A stretch of 64,000 bases of DNA from Kudoa neothunni. Taxonomy: Eukaryota > Animalia > Cnidaria. The stretch spans positions 1,186,958 through 1,250,957 of the forward strand of contig OZ199838.1 of assembly GCA_964304625.1 (NCBI GenBank), written 5' to 3'. Position 1 is the first letter of the stretch. Each line of letters starts with the position of its first letter. The translations under genes and the position numbers were made by a program. Positions 26,501 through 39,347 of the stretch are shown in pieces. Under the pieces are notes generated by a model that saw only the letters and a list, made by a program, of their open reading frames with translations, ran no database searches and had not been told where the DNA came from.

Positions 26501-29500
26501 TATTATCCATTCGCTATAGACGAAGTATATTGTAAGAATCGGGTGGATTTGGCTGTAGTCAAAACAATAGGTAAGAGATTACAATTAAACAGGCTGATAA
26601 TCATTGGATTTTAAATTTCTTCGTATTTCAATGAACAAAAACGCGGGAAATTGCATATCCTTATTACGCTAACAAAACAGATAAAATACCGATGGTGATT
26701 GATTGATATTAACACGGAAAAGCTTGACATTTTGAGCACCGAGGTATCTAATCAACGGTTGTTATGGAGAATTAATACAATGACTCAGTTGGATTGGGTA
26801 AATCTCACCTCGTGCGGGTATCGGTTAAATCACCGGTGACCGAATCCAAAACGGTTCTCAATAAAACTCCGTTCTACAGCCGAATCAAAGTCATATTTTT
26901 AACACTCAAACACGCAATTACAGACAGTCCGATATGGAGAAATAATCCCATACTACTGTCGCTGTCATAGTAGATTTCTTCAGTGTGAATACTAGCTCGA
27001 TTGGTTTCAATTATACAGAGAGATTCAGCACATGCAGGAAGTGCTTGCATGCTTAATGGTCGAAGGCATTCCTAAATCGACCATATGTTGTTAATTTTGG
27101 CGCGTAAACACGTGACCACATATACATTTGGGTCGAGAGATATAATACGAACTGTATTGTCTCGTAGACCGAGTGCTAGAAATCGCGATCGTTGTTCTCC
27201 CCTAGGCACTGGTCCAAGAGCAAGAGATACAACTTCAGTTGGTATTTCTTTTCTTTCGGCGAATTCCGTCAATTGGCTCATCTAAAATTCAATAGTTAAT
27301 CGCCGTACAATTTTAAATAACGTCAAATAGATAAAAAGATGATGACACACTTCCATTGTTAACATTATTGAAATAATTATCTAACCATAGAAAAGATGAC
27401 AATAAGCTAAATTCTAGTTTGGCGCTCTCCTTAAACCTATCTATTATGTTGTATTATGACATTCAAACATAATTCGGTCGAAAAATGTGAAGATTATTCG
27501 ACTGATTAATTTCATCAAAGACCTAATAAAATTGTTGAATAACTTAAAAAACCAACATGAAATCTTGATCACACTAATTAATGGAACCCCTTTACCATTA
27601 ATTGCATTTCTAAGAAACCTCGCATAAAATAAGAATGTATAACTTAACCAAATGACACGAAGGGCTACTACGATAGTGGTTCTTAACCGCTATTTCGAGG
27701 ACGAATCGAAGGAGGTCCGTAGGTTATTTAAATAAAATCTGGATCCAATATTAACATCATACATTCATTATAGACAAATATGTTTTTAACATTAGCGTAA
27801 TTACTAATAATTTTAAATATATCCTTACGTTATTGTTTCTTATTAATATTAAAATTTATTACAAAAAAATTTCCATCTGTTATAATTTATTTGATAAACA
27901 AATCCATAAAACCAAAAGGTAGACGATAGTTTGTTTTATAAAAAATATTCCTTAATGTCGCAAACTATGCTATGCATACAGTCGGAATGACTACTCCTTT
28001 TACAACTTACAACAGTTTATTATTGCGAAGTTAGAAATCGCTTATATGCGATATGCGGCGTGTTGCTCTTTCGAATTTTTTTCAGAATTCTGCGAACTTA
28101 TTGATAAAAAGCAACTACAAAAATCTCATTAAATATTCTTGTGGTGTGTATTATTTATATGAAAAATATGTTTTTTGCATTAATCTCACATTCTATTATA
28201 TAATAATTTCCATTTTTTAACTCTTAATTTTAGTAAACAATAATTAATGAAAATGGAGATTTTATATTGTACAAATATTTCGAGCATTTTTTAATTGGAA
28301 ATTTTTATGAATTTTAACTTTAGACATTTACACATGTATATATAATAATTCAACAAATTTCATTAAACTTCTTATGTTAAAATATTATGCGTCATTGTTT
28401 GTGCTTGGTTAGAATTTTAATAATTTCTAAAAAAATTACTGGGAAGGATTTCATTTCATAGTCGTTACCCTCTCGTTTTAATCCCCGCAACAATTCATGT
28501 CTTAGTGATTAAAATTTAAAAAAAAATTAAAACAAACCGCCACATAATCAATTTACGTAATAAATATTCTAATATTCAAATAATATTGAGGATATTAGGT
28601 AAATAAGTTAACACTTGTTCCTCGATTTTTCTTTTTCACTTAGAATTTTTAATGTTAAACTAATTTTTATTCTTCAAATAAATAATTTAACAATTATGTA
28701 AAATCTTGTTTAATCTGTCCACTTTAGTGAATAATGGGAATAAGAACGGAAGGGTTTTAATATTTATATGTATGATTCGATTGGTATTAAAACAAGAGGG
28801 GTCCATTGAACAACACATTAGGGACCTGCAAGGAAGAAAGGTTAAAAATCACTGAGATACGTTAAGTTAAGCTAAGCTAAGCTAAGCTAAGATATAAACG
28901 ACATACCCCATCTAATAGAGCATAATCAGCTATCGTTAAATAATTTATAACTTACTAACATCAGCTTTTGTATTCAAAGTATTAAATAAATTCTTATTAT
29001 TATATTCATAAGCGGGGATTTGGAATGTATCAATAGTGGTGTATGATTATTAGTATATACAGAAACCAATCATAGAAGAGTAGTTGAAATTTTATTGAGT
29101 TATAAAAATCAGAAATTAAAAAGATATATAATAAAATAATATGGCATAATTAATCTAGTAATAAAGACAGAAATGCCTTTCCAAATAGTTGATCGTCATT
29201 AAAATAAACAAAACCCCAAATTTATACGTCCTAATTTATCAATAAGACGACATCCACTACATATGCTAAAGGGAGTATTTAAAGCGTGAATCCTACATAA
29301 GGGGTGTAATTAAAAAGTTAAGTAGCCACCATCTTCTAGACCGTTCTGACACATTACGAAGATAACAATTTAATTATGATTGATTACCTCATCCAATTCA
29401 AAATAAATCAACTCATCGTTGTTTAACGTAATAACGATCTAAATTAAATCAAAAATTCAAACACAAACGAACAATTGAACAACATTTACTTGTTTGTCAT

Positions 29501-31691
29501 TGCAAGCACATTTTTTTACATGTTTGCTTGGAGGGCATCTCCATTCATTAATGACTTTATCGGGTTTAATATGACGTACACCATCTGCATATATCTACAA
29601 ATTGACACATCACAATCTCAAATCCAGTCTTTAAATAATCACTTGGATAAGAGAATCTTCATCCACAGTGCAACACCCAAGAGTGGACACATTCGGAAGA
29701 AATCCACTGTCAGATATTTCTTCCACAGTTTCTCCAATAGAAAGTACAAGTGTGGCGTTCACAAATGACACCACAATGTAAGAATCAAATTTATCTGATC
29801 AAACAAAAACATATACAAATATATGAGTTGGAAATTGAGTGCTATACCATTGATATTTTTCTTCAAAGTCCACACAGCTATTGGATCTCCTGGCAGCTCA
29901 GAGACAGCCATTTCATTCACCTAATCAAAATATAAAATATGGTGGGATTCCATCCATCTATTCAAATAAAAATAGCATTGACTCATTCACCTCCAATCCA
30001 TGATACAGCACGCCAAATTGAGACCAATTCGCCCTTCCACACAACATATGAATTTGAGGGGAATCATTTTGAAGAATATCCATAACCTGTGTAGATTACA
30101 CAATAAAAATCAGTGCAAACAAAACATCAAGAATATCCAATTACCTCACAATCCAATATGGGAGAAACATTATTCATCACACTCACGAGAATCAAATTTT
30201 GAAGCTCCCTAGGTTGAAAGTAGAACATACTCTCCGATTCCTTATAGACTGCTGCTGAAAATTTGGAATCATCTTCCTCATCGCCGAGTTTAATGATTTG
30301 ATAAAATTGGCTTTAATTTTCCAATCAACAAAACCAACCAATAAAATTGTAGAAATTACTGGTCACCAAACTCGGACGCAACAAACAGAAAACCAGACCT
30401 CAATATTGTTAATGATGTCCCAACAGTGGACAACGTGTCAAAATATTGAATGATCATATCTGTGACCTAATGGTGGATCGATATCGTCGTTACAACAGTA
30501 CTCAAACTATCAACATCTACCCCCACTGTTTCATTGTATTCCAATGTGACTTTGAAAAGATCTCCTTGTTCGGTTTGGATAAGAAAGAAAAACATTGTCT
30601 ACCAATTGCTATAATGACGAATTAGAACAATTTAAAACCTTTGTCTTATGAACGGTAGCACAAACAATCATCATTTTTCTTTCAGGATTATCAAAGTCAT
30701 CCTATTGGTTACGAGGTGTTGTTTTATCTATAAGAGCAACTAACAAACCTTCCTTTTAGGTATAGGAATCCTAATATCATTTCCCTCCTCATCACCAATA
30801 TTCTTGTAGACTAGAAAGTTTTCACAGCACACAATCACGCCACCAGGACCATCTCCACTTCCAGGAACTATCAACACCAACAATGGTCGTTATTATATCG
30901 ACGGATCATTGAGCGAAATCCACAAAAATATTACCAGCAAGCAACATATTTCCAAACACGTCTAGTGCTTCACTCGATTTTCTAACCACATGATTCAAAC
31001 CAAGATCCAATTCATAGAATGTCAGCAGTTGAGACTGAGAATCCACAGAATCAAACATATCCGATTCCTATTTGATTCGGTGTCATACATAGTAGGCTTG
31101 TAACAGAAACATTCCAATTACTTCGTAATCCATCTCCAAACAACAAAACACCGGGTTTTCAAATCCAACATCGAGACCAACTGTAGCGAATATAACCGCA
31201 TGGGACTTGTGTGCTTCCAATGGTGAGGAAATTGTCAAACGTGCTTCGTTGTCTCGATTGAGGATGTACACAAACTTTTGTTTCTCCACAGCGGATATCA
31301 ATACTGCTCTACCTCTTGGATCGGTTGCCAAATATTGACCAGGAACAATTCTTCTGCAGCCAGTTTTTCCGAATGTTTCCATGTGAACGCGCTCCAGCGT
31401 GTTTTTATTGGGATTGTACTCGAGAATGGCTATACGACCAGAATCGGAACCAAAAATTAGATAGTCCTTGGTTCCTCCTGGCAACCGAAAGGCCATAACA
31501 CATCGTATAATTCCATACGCATCAAGAGATGTGAGTAGGTTGAGCTTTCCTGTGGCTGGATCTGGTCTGTAGATTTCAATAAGTCGTCCTCGAGTGACTG
31601 CTATCTCCTGAACTCTTGTTCCAGAAAAGTTACCAAGAGCAGTACAATAGATCGCAGTTGGTTTCTGCAGTGTTAGATTGTAAAGGTACAT
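23525..31691 (-). CDS. SF3B3: Splicing factor 3B subunit 3 (SAP130/Rse1), 24 exons
   Basis: N-terminus [14 protein letters not shown]...[25 protein letters not shown]; internal [14 protein letters not shown] and EDPTG...NGAPQK; C-terminus [12 protein letters not shown]...[13 protein letters not shown]. All introns read were GT-AG and no frameshift was found in the exons translated. Confidence 0.97.
25532..26661. mobile_element. Non-autonomous TIR element (MITE-like) in SF3B3 intron 16
   Basis: ~20-bp TIRs AGGATATGCAATTTCCTGTG / CGCGGGAAATTGCATATCCT. It occupies most of a ~1.3-kb intron. TSD and superfamily unresolved. Confidence 0.65.
27674..28854. mobile_element. Non-autonomous hAT element in SF3B3 intron 12, TIR related to the 16688-18681 element
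   Basis: TIRs TAGTGGTTCTTAACC / GGTTAAAAATCACTG. Flanks TACTACGA / AGATACGT share central TACG (degenerate TSD). Confidence 0.7.
28861..28891. repeat. Pentanucleotide microsatellite (GTTAA/GCTAA)n
   Basis: GTTAAGTTAAGCTAAGCTAAGCTAAGCTAAG. Confidence 0.9.
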
Positions 31692-31710
31692 TTGATTTGG
31701 TACCACTAAA

Positions 31711-31722
31711 CGCGCCTGCGCA
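31711..31722 (-). promoter_or_regulatory. NRF1/Ewg-like element TGCGCAGGCGCG ~20 bp upstream of the SF3B3 start codon
   Basis: Close match to the NRF1 consensus YGCGCAYGCGCR; a GC-rich word in an AT-rich context directly 5' of a housekeeping gene. Confidence 0.5.
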
Positions 31723-31914
31723 ATATTATTTCAACTCGTGAGCCGTCTAGCTGAGTAGATTGCGTGTAGATAACTTTTATTTGTTTGTTTCACATTATCT
31801 CCAACTGACACTTAAAATTATTTTCAAATTTGTTTTTAATGTACAATATAATGGAGAAAACGATTCTCCCTCCATAATGCAATTAACTTGGCCATTGTGA
31901 GCTGTGATGTGTTG

Positions 31915-32456
31915 TAGTCCGGATAGTATGACTTAGTGGTGGTAGGTCGAGATCGCATACCTTGAGGTTGCGAGTTCAAGCCTATTGGGGGCGTTCCAAT
32001 ACTTCTAATCCTAATCCGAATCCGAATTAATTGGGAAGGTTTGTGGTAATCGCAAAGATCTACTACGATTTATTGTGGTATTATTGCCCGCAGCTGGGAG
32101 CGAGGGGAGCCTGGCGGAAGGGTAGATCTAGGGCGCTCATATACGCTGGGGTACAGGAACGAAATACAACCCATTTACAATATACAATATACAATACTGC
32201 AATACTGCAATACTGCAATATTGCAATAGGGGGTTTATGTAGAGCCGACGTTTGCATTCAGACGACTTTCTCAGGCCAATTCTGAACTACTCCAACGTCA
32301 GAGTATGGTTGGGATCGTGGTTGCTCCGAAACGAGGATGTTTATTTGGGTTAAAATCCCACGTTACCGCGTCCGCGTAAATGGGGAAGCCAAACCAGCCC
32401 CAACTTTACAACCTAACAAGTTGCGCCAGAGGTTTTACCTTGTAAACAAAAAAAAT
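31915..32456 (+). mobile_element. tRNA-derived SINE-like element with internal tandem repeat
   Basis: A-box-like TGACTTAGTGG and B-box-like GAGTTCAAGCC (~31929-31982). (AATACTGC)n-type repeat at ~32178-32228. Segment 32349-32369 matches the SINE at 10762-10782 in 17/21 positions. TTTACCTT and A-rich tail. Confidence 0.55.
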
Positions 32457-33239
32457 GGGTTAAAAATAGCTTTAGTTCATGTTTAAACGTTTAATAAAAT
32501 TAATATGCAAAATCGTGTGCGTGAAATTAGGTAATAAGGAGGATACTCAAATGAAATAAACAATTTTGACTTATATTAATGTGAACGTGCGCCATGAAAC
32601 GTTTTTAAATTTGTGGCAAAATTAAACATATTTTAAATTGGAGGTACATTTGTATAATTTGAATATTTAAAACAGTTAGTATATTATTTTTTCATATGTT
32701 TTTATTCTAGAAAAAGAAATGACTGTTAGCCTACGTTCTTTAGGTCATCCGATTGCTTTCATTCTCAGTGGGAATTATAGCCCTAACTAATATTTGGTAA
32801 CATTTAATGATTTTGTTTCAAATATCAGTTGTTATTTCGTATTATTTTGGATTAACTTCCTTTGAAATATTTGTATTACACAAAGTTTACTGGTAAAAAA
32901 TGGGTATTTGAAGAGACAATTCTCAAAAATTCCCTTACTTTATGTTCTCAACCGTAACAACAATACATAATTTTTTATTCAAAATAGGGAAGCATTCCAA
33001 AATTTATGTCAAGAAGCCATCAATGCCTGCATGAATAAGCTATGCGTAATTATCAAATAGGATCGTTGTCTTCTTTTTAGTTTAACATCACAATTAAAAT
33101 TGTGAGTTGACATACTGATAGTCTTAAATACATCCATGTTGGTTATTCCTCTTGTTTTCACATTGTGTAGGGATTTCACTGTGATATTTTTACTCGTTTC
33201 ATAGCATGACATTTTTTGTATACGATTTTTATTAGGTCG

Positions 33240-33720
33240 AAGTGATTTCAATTCAAAAAGATGTTTATCTGAGAAATCGACTTTTTGTTGTTGAGGTAGA
33301 AATTTGTATATTCAAGCATTACAAAGATGATTATGTATCTCATTTAAGAATATAATTGTGAAAAATTTTCCAAATCGTTACTAGCTCAAAAAATAATGCT
33401 AGAGAGGCAGTTACCTCTATATGTTGACGATTTTTGTTACCTTTAAGCTTTCTTTTTATGGAGAGTCGAAAAGAATACGAACGTTGTTTTGTAGTAAAGT
33501 AAGACTTTATTAAAATATTTTAGAATTTTCCCTCATTTTTAATTTGTAGGAAAAAAGATGTTCATAACGATTAATATGACTTTTTAATACGTTTATAAGC
33601 CAACTTTCAATCCAGGAGAGGATTCCATCCTACAAATAACTCTACAACGAAAACTTTGATTCCCACATAAGTTACTGGAATCAAGAATACAAAACGTGTT
33701 TCCTTCTATTGTGGACAATA
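33240..33720 (-). pseudogene. Possible highly decayed piggyBac-like transposase remnant
   Basis: Only weak motif traces across shifted frames (SSNxYVG, YRG, HLCNA*I). No intact ORF. Confidence 0.25.
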
Positions 33721-34299
33721 ATTTCAGTTAACAAATTTCAATAGAATTTAAGTTTTTTTAATTTTAGTGTTATTAAAACTAATAATTTATCTATATTCGT
33801 AACAATAACACTTAAGAAGATAGAATTATGCTCACCGCTATTTAAATGCAAACAGTAAGCTTTTATATTGATTTTAACTATAAAATTAAACATTACCTTA
33901 AATATATTTACTGAATTCACTACATAGAATGCTCTAATCGTTTTCTATGAATAACGGTAATATTTAATATACTTTGTAGATATGTAATAATACATATATA
34001 TATATAAAATACTATTTTTTAATTTTATAAGAACCTAGTTAAACATATTAGGTACAATCAGAGGTAATAGGGTGGACGTTTCATACATAAAACACTACGT
34101 CTGTTATTCGCTTTTTTAATTAAACAAATGTTTATTAATAAAAAATTAAAATATTTATTTAACATTACTCATAACAAAACGTAAAACACGAAATTTATAG
34201 TCACAATATTAGCAATTTCAATAGCTCAAATTTTCTCCAAAACAGTTAATTATGTTAGACCAAAAATCATTGATTACAAATATAAATTTAAAATTTTAT

Positions 34300-34434
34300 G
34301 TGAGTTTGTAGATTTAGAGTTATTCCCTCCCGTAGCAATAGCCAATGCCTATGAAAAATACTCTGAGCTGTACAAAAAGTGAACACACGCAGACACACGA
34401 TCACTTCTACTTTATATATATATATATATATAGA
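34300..34434 (-). mobile_element. Helitron-like 5' terminus with (TA)n
   Basis: Minus strand reads TCTATATATATATATATATAAAGTAGAAGTGATCGTGTGTCTG, resembling the 5' end of the family A copy at 38553 (TCTACTATATATAAAGTAGTAGTG). 3' end not found. Confidence 0.5.
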
Positions 34435-34763
34435 TAGATAATAGATATAGATTGAAGCAAAATAAACATGAATCAAATGAGCTATGAAATCAATTCAATG
34501 CCAACAAGAAGATTAGAAGACAGTATGATTTGTTGATAATGATTTTTAGTTTACATTATTTTTACGAATTATATCTTTAATTTATTCACTTTTTAAAAGA
34601 TAATTATTTTTGAATATTTCCGATCATTGACATCATTCAAAATTTCAAGAATCTCTAAATGAATTTGAGATATAATCGATTCAATAAATATTGGAATACA
34701 CAATAAATTCGCATAATCCATCGATCTATTCAACAATAGTAAACGATTTCATTTATACTTTAA

Positions 34764-37700
34764 ATGATTTCAATGATTGGATGCATATGGGTATTTTTGC
34801 TTTTTACATCAAGTAAAATTAAATTATATAAAAATATGTCTTATCAATTTTTAGCTGAATGTTTAAAATATATTTATACAAACGTTGATCACCTTGCTGA
34901 TCACCGTCTGATGTTTACCGATCTGCCAGAGTCTGTGTCTAGAGGCACCTTCATTACCGCTACTGATGGTCAAGAAAGCACGAAACAAATAACTAAAGAA
35001 GATTGTAAGAACATGAATCGTCATCGTGAATGTGAATTTGGCACAACTCATGTGGATATATACGGAACTGGTGATTTATTTTTAAAAGTTACTGAAAATA
35101 GAAGGAAAAGAGTATACAGAATAAACTCTCGTAAAAAATTTTAAAAATTCATATATCTTTCAATTTAATCATAGAACCCATTCAAAATAATAAAAAGGTG
35201 ATAATTTCGGTCAACGATCACTTTATCCAAATTAATAAAACTGATAACACTATGAAAGAAAATCCATATTTAGAAATTTTAATGAACAATAAAGTTTTGA
35301 AATCCACTAAACATGGAAGTGTATCTTTGTTGGATAGACAAAAAAATTCTATTTCTTTTGAAATTGGAAAGATTGGAACGGAAGATGCAATTTATGAGGT
35401 TATACACGATCCAACATTACCAACGTATCAATTTAGTTCTGTATTCTCCTACTTGGATCAAACTAATCATTACAAAGTTGAGGGTAGATTAAGAGAAGAT
35501 GGAAATAATGAAACGTTTTTTAATTACTATCCATATAAAAGTGATTTATGCTTATATGAAATGAAGGGTGGAAGACGTTATCCTTCATATATTAATGTGT
35601 GTGGAAATGTTAAATGTATCAACTTCTGTAGTGATTTACACTTCAGTAGAATTCTTCCAGGTGGTGGGTATATGGAAAAAATGAGGGTAACACTTTCAAG
35701 AACAGGAAAAAATAATGAACTTTCTTTTCCAGGTAAAAATAATACATTTAACATGATGTAGTTTAATTTTTTAGCTGATAAAAGTTTTTACTTCAATTGT
35801 GGTGCTGGCAATTTTATTCTTTCAGATGGAGGAAAAATAAAGCAATGGGTAGATACAGAAGATAATTGCCAGAAAATTAAAGTCAAACCATTTGACTACA
35901 GAAGTACACAATTGCCCTTCAAAATATCCGAAGGACTCTGTTCTAGTGAGAAGGTTGTTCCTGGAAATTTTATTATTGAATATCAACCCAAGTCAGATAA
36001 CTTCGTTTATATTTGTGAACTAAGTATTCTATTACAATGATTCAATTTTATTATTACTTTGATAGAAAAAAGATGGTTTCATTATGAGATAATAGAAGGT
36101 GTGAATATGATTCACATTTTTCATCACGATGTGCATTTTATTAGAAATGAAGAAAGATCGAAAAAATCAATTGCATCAGGAGAAGAAACTATGTGTAGAG
36201 TGATGATTTCAACACACGCAGATTTGAATTATGTGCCTGCGAATTGTGATTCATACGGATCACTGTGTTACAATCGTTGTGATGGTACCTTTGATGTGAT
36301 CGGATTAAAATCAAATGTGAACTACTTCATAAAAATTGAATCATTGGGATATTATTCCGATTTTAAATTCCCTCGAACTAAATCATTGAAAAGTATAATA
36401 TATTGTTGAAAATAATTAATTATTTTTTTAGACGATTTTAGCCCAGAAATAAGATTTAATCAAAATAACGGCTTGAGACAAATAGTTTTGCAGTTCAAAC
36501 AACATGTGAGCCAGTCTGAAATAACCAATGGATTATCTTGCCTGATTGTAATGAGAGAAATAATTTCCAATTCAAGAACCAAATATTTCAATATATGTGG
36601 AGAAAATATTTACTGCGTTCTACCCTGCAACGATATGGTTCATCAAGTTCCATCAAACAATGATTACATCATATATTCGTTAAAAGTTCTAGGAATGATG
36701 GATGAATTCATTGATCATCAGAATGTTTGTAAGGCTCATCAAATTATTATAAATCATGAGTTTAATCACCAATTATTTAGATTATTCAAATAAAAATATC
36801 CAGCCTAACGCAGTTAAAAATAAAAATATTATGGCATTCAACAAACTCAAATATACAACGTCATCTAAAACCATTGAGCAAGTAATTCGTGAGTCAATCG
36901 AAGAATATAATAAAATAAGCTTCAAACAAAAATTCCCGTATAAACAATACAATAATAATTCGAGTCCGAATGTTTCTAAAAACAATAAGAAGATACAATA
37001 TTCAACAAACGAATTTATCAGGCAGAAACAGCAGAATGGATTCCTTGTAGCTGAAAAGGAAGCTGCCCAATCCCCTGCACCACCTTCCAATCCAGATTCA
37101 TTCCCTAAACCTGATTCCTCAAGTAAATTTATTTTAACGAATGATTAAAGAAATTTTTTATTTATGGTGATAATTTTCTATATTACTTTTTTAAATGTGA
37201 TTTATTTTATGGAAGGTATTACTTTTTATATATTATATTTTTCTAAATGAAAGTTTATCAATATATAGCTAGATAAATTATATCTAGTTAATTTCTAAAG
37301 TAATTAATGTAATTAATTCAAGAATCTTTATTTGAAAATAGTGGTATTATTTTACTATATTTTTGCATAACTATTAATTATTAAATATTTGGTATAATAT
37401 TATTCATAAACATGGATTTAGCGGATCACAACTCAGCCAACGAACCATCTCCTCCAAATATCACTGAAAGCCCCATTCCGAATATCCCCATTCCACCCGA
37501 TTCAGGTTGATACACCCATATCTATTATAAACAAAATTTTTATTTTATTAATATTATATTAAATGTAATAAAATTAAATTTTCATAGAACCAAATGAAGT
37601 TCCAACCCAACTACCCGACGAAGAATCAACCACACCTTCATCAAGCACTGCCAATACCGAAAATTCTGAAACTCACGTTCCCCCAGGTGATATTTATTAT

Positions 37701-38017
37701 TTTAATTTCTTCTTAATATTTTCATATAGATAATTATGGTATCTATTAAATTCATATTCAATATTAGGCGATTTAAATTATTACCTAGATAACAACGACG
37801 AAAATTCAAAAAGGAATGTTGGGTACATAAAATACAAGTTAATTTATGGTAAATATTTTTAGGTCGGCCAATATATATGTTGGAATGTAAGTTGAAGGGT
37901 TGAATTTGTCTCTTAGTCTCATTTAGAATTGCAACCATCGTTATTCTAGTCGGTATAGTAATAGGTGTATGGACTATTTATAGAAGGCGACAATGGAAAA
38001 TTATTCATGAAATTTAG
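34764..38017 (+). CDS. Orphan type-I membrane protein (~800 aa, 12 exons): signal peptide, Cys-patterned ectodomain modules, Pro/Ser/Thr-rich stalk, TM helix, short tail
   Basis: Manual splicing joins ORFs 34764, 35198, 36059, 36473 and 36756 plus small exons at ~37421, 37588, 37789, 37863 and 37927 in one frame. Starts MISMIGCIWVFLLFTS and ends IYVGIIATIVILVGIVIGVWTIY-RRRQWKIIHEI* (TAG 38015-38017). Confidence 0.82.
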
Positions 38018-38126
38018 AAAAATAAACCATTACGAATAACTTATTAATTTTTAATATCTAGATTTTTTATTATTATTCGACATATTTTAGTTTCAAAGGC
38101 TTTTTTCAGGAATATTTTTTACTAAA

Positions 38127-38553
38127 CTACCGCAAAAGCCCCGCTTCGCATGGGCTTCCTTGAGTAGGCCAAGGTCATTTGAAGTTCAAAGTAAATTCAG
38201 AGTATTTAGATAAATAGTACAAAGATTACCCAATTAACTGATGATTTATTTAACATTTTTAAAAACGAATAAATACTACTAAGCGTTTGAATTTCCTATT
38301 TAGAGCTCCTAAAATATGGGTTTTTTCCTTGTTGTTTGCAGTAATCTCTAAATCATGCCTCTCATATCACGTGAAAATGTTTTTAGTCATTTTGCATGGA
38401 TGCAAATCTTTTACAATTTTTTACGTATTTTTCTGTGTTAAAATAAAATTTTATCTTTCCATATGTGTGTTCAAATGGAGCGATATGTCTCTCTATCAGA
38501 AATGAAAAATGCGTACACACTGACACGGACACTACTACTTTATATATAGTAGA
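38127..38553 (-). mobile_element. Non-autonomous Helitron family A (copy 2, shorter)
   Basis: Begins A|TCTACTATATATAAAG and ends with hairpin CCCATGCGAAGCGGGG followed by GTAG|T (mutated CTAG). Homologous to 22106-22802. Confidence 0.8.
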
Positions 38554-39347
38554 TTGGGTTGAATGCTTAGTGCATCAGTTAATATCAACTATGTAATTTT
38601 TGAAGTTCACGAAATCTCGCATTATAAAAGACGTGTGAAAGAAGCTTGCACGACGGGTTGAATCGAATGAGATAATGGTTATTGGCAACGTAAATTTTAA
38701 AAAACTCAAGTTTGAGAAAAACGCTAGTTTCCAATACAACAAAAAAATAGAATCGTATCTATTAAAGTTTTTAACTTCATCCAATTCTATGATTAACTCT
38801 TCAGATATTAAGTTTAAATTTTTCGTCGTATTATTGCAATTTTTTGGCATGAATACTCACCCATACTTAATGTCTACAGTAAGCAAATATGCTCACAATT
38901 AATTACTTCTTAGTTCAAGATATATTTTAAAATAACGTTCAAATTTTCTAATAATGTGCAACAATTTTTACTGACGAATGATGAAGTCGTGTCAGTCATG
39001 TTAAAAAATCTAAAGTACTGCCGTTCAATATTGTAAATGCTTAAACTCTGCGTGACATAATCTGAATAGGATACCTTATCAAAAGTATAAATATTAATGC
39101 TCCATATTAAAAAAATTTGTGTTATTCGTCAATATTTACACGGTTTCAATAAAAACCAAGCTTTTATAAACAAATAAAATACCCCCAAGCACTGACAGCC
39201 CTATTAAGGTTAAGAGCCGATGCATTAGAATAAGAGGATAGTTTTTGGATTATTAGAAAAAAATTCGAAAAAGATAGATATAATTAATAATTAAAAAATA
39301 TTTGAAAATAAATTCAAATCTAATATATATGACCATAATAGAAATAA

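Noticed and set aside
29475-31498. Plus-strand ORFs within SF3B3 (likewise antisense ORFs over Kunitz, ferredoxin and ISWI)
   Set aside because: Antisense shadows of real exons with no independent motifs.
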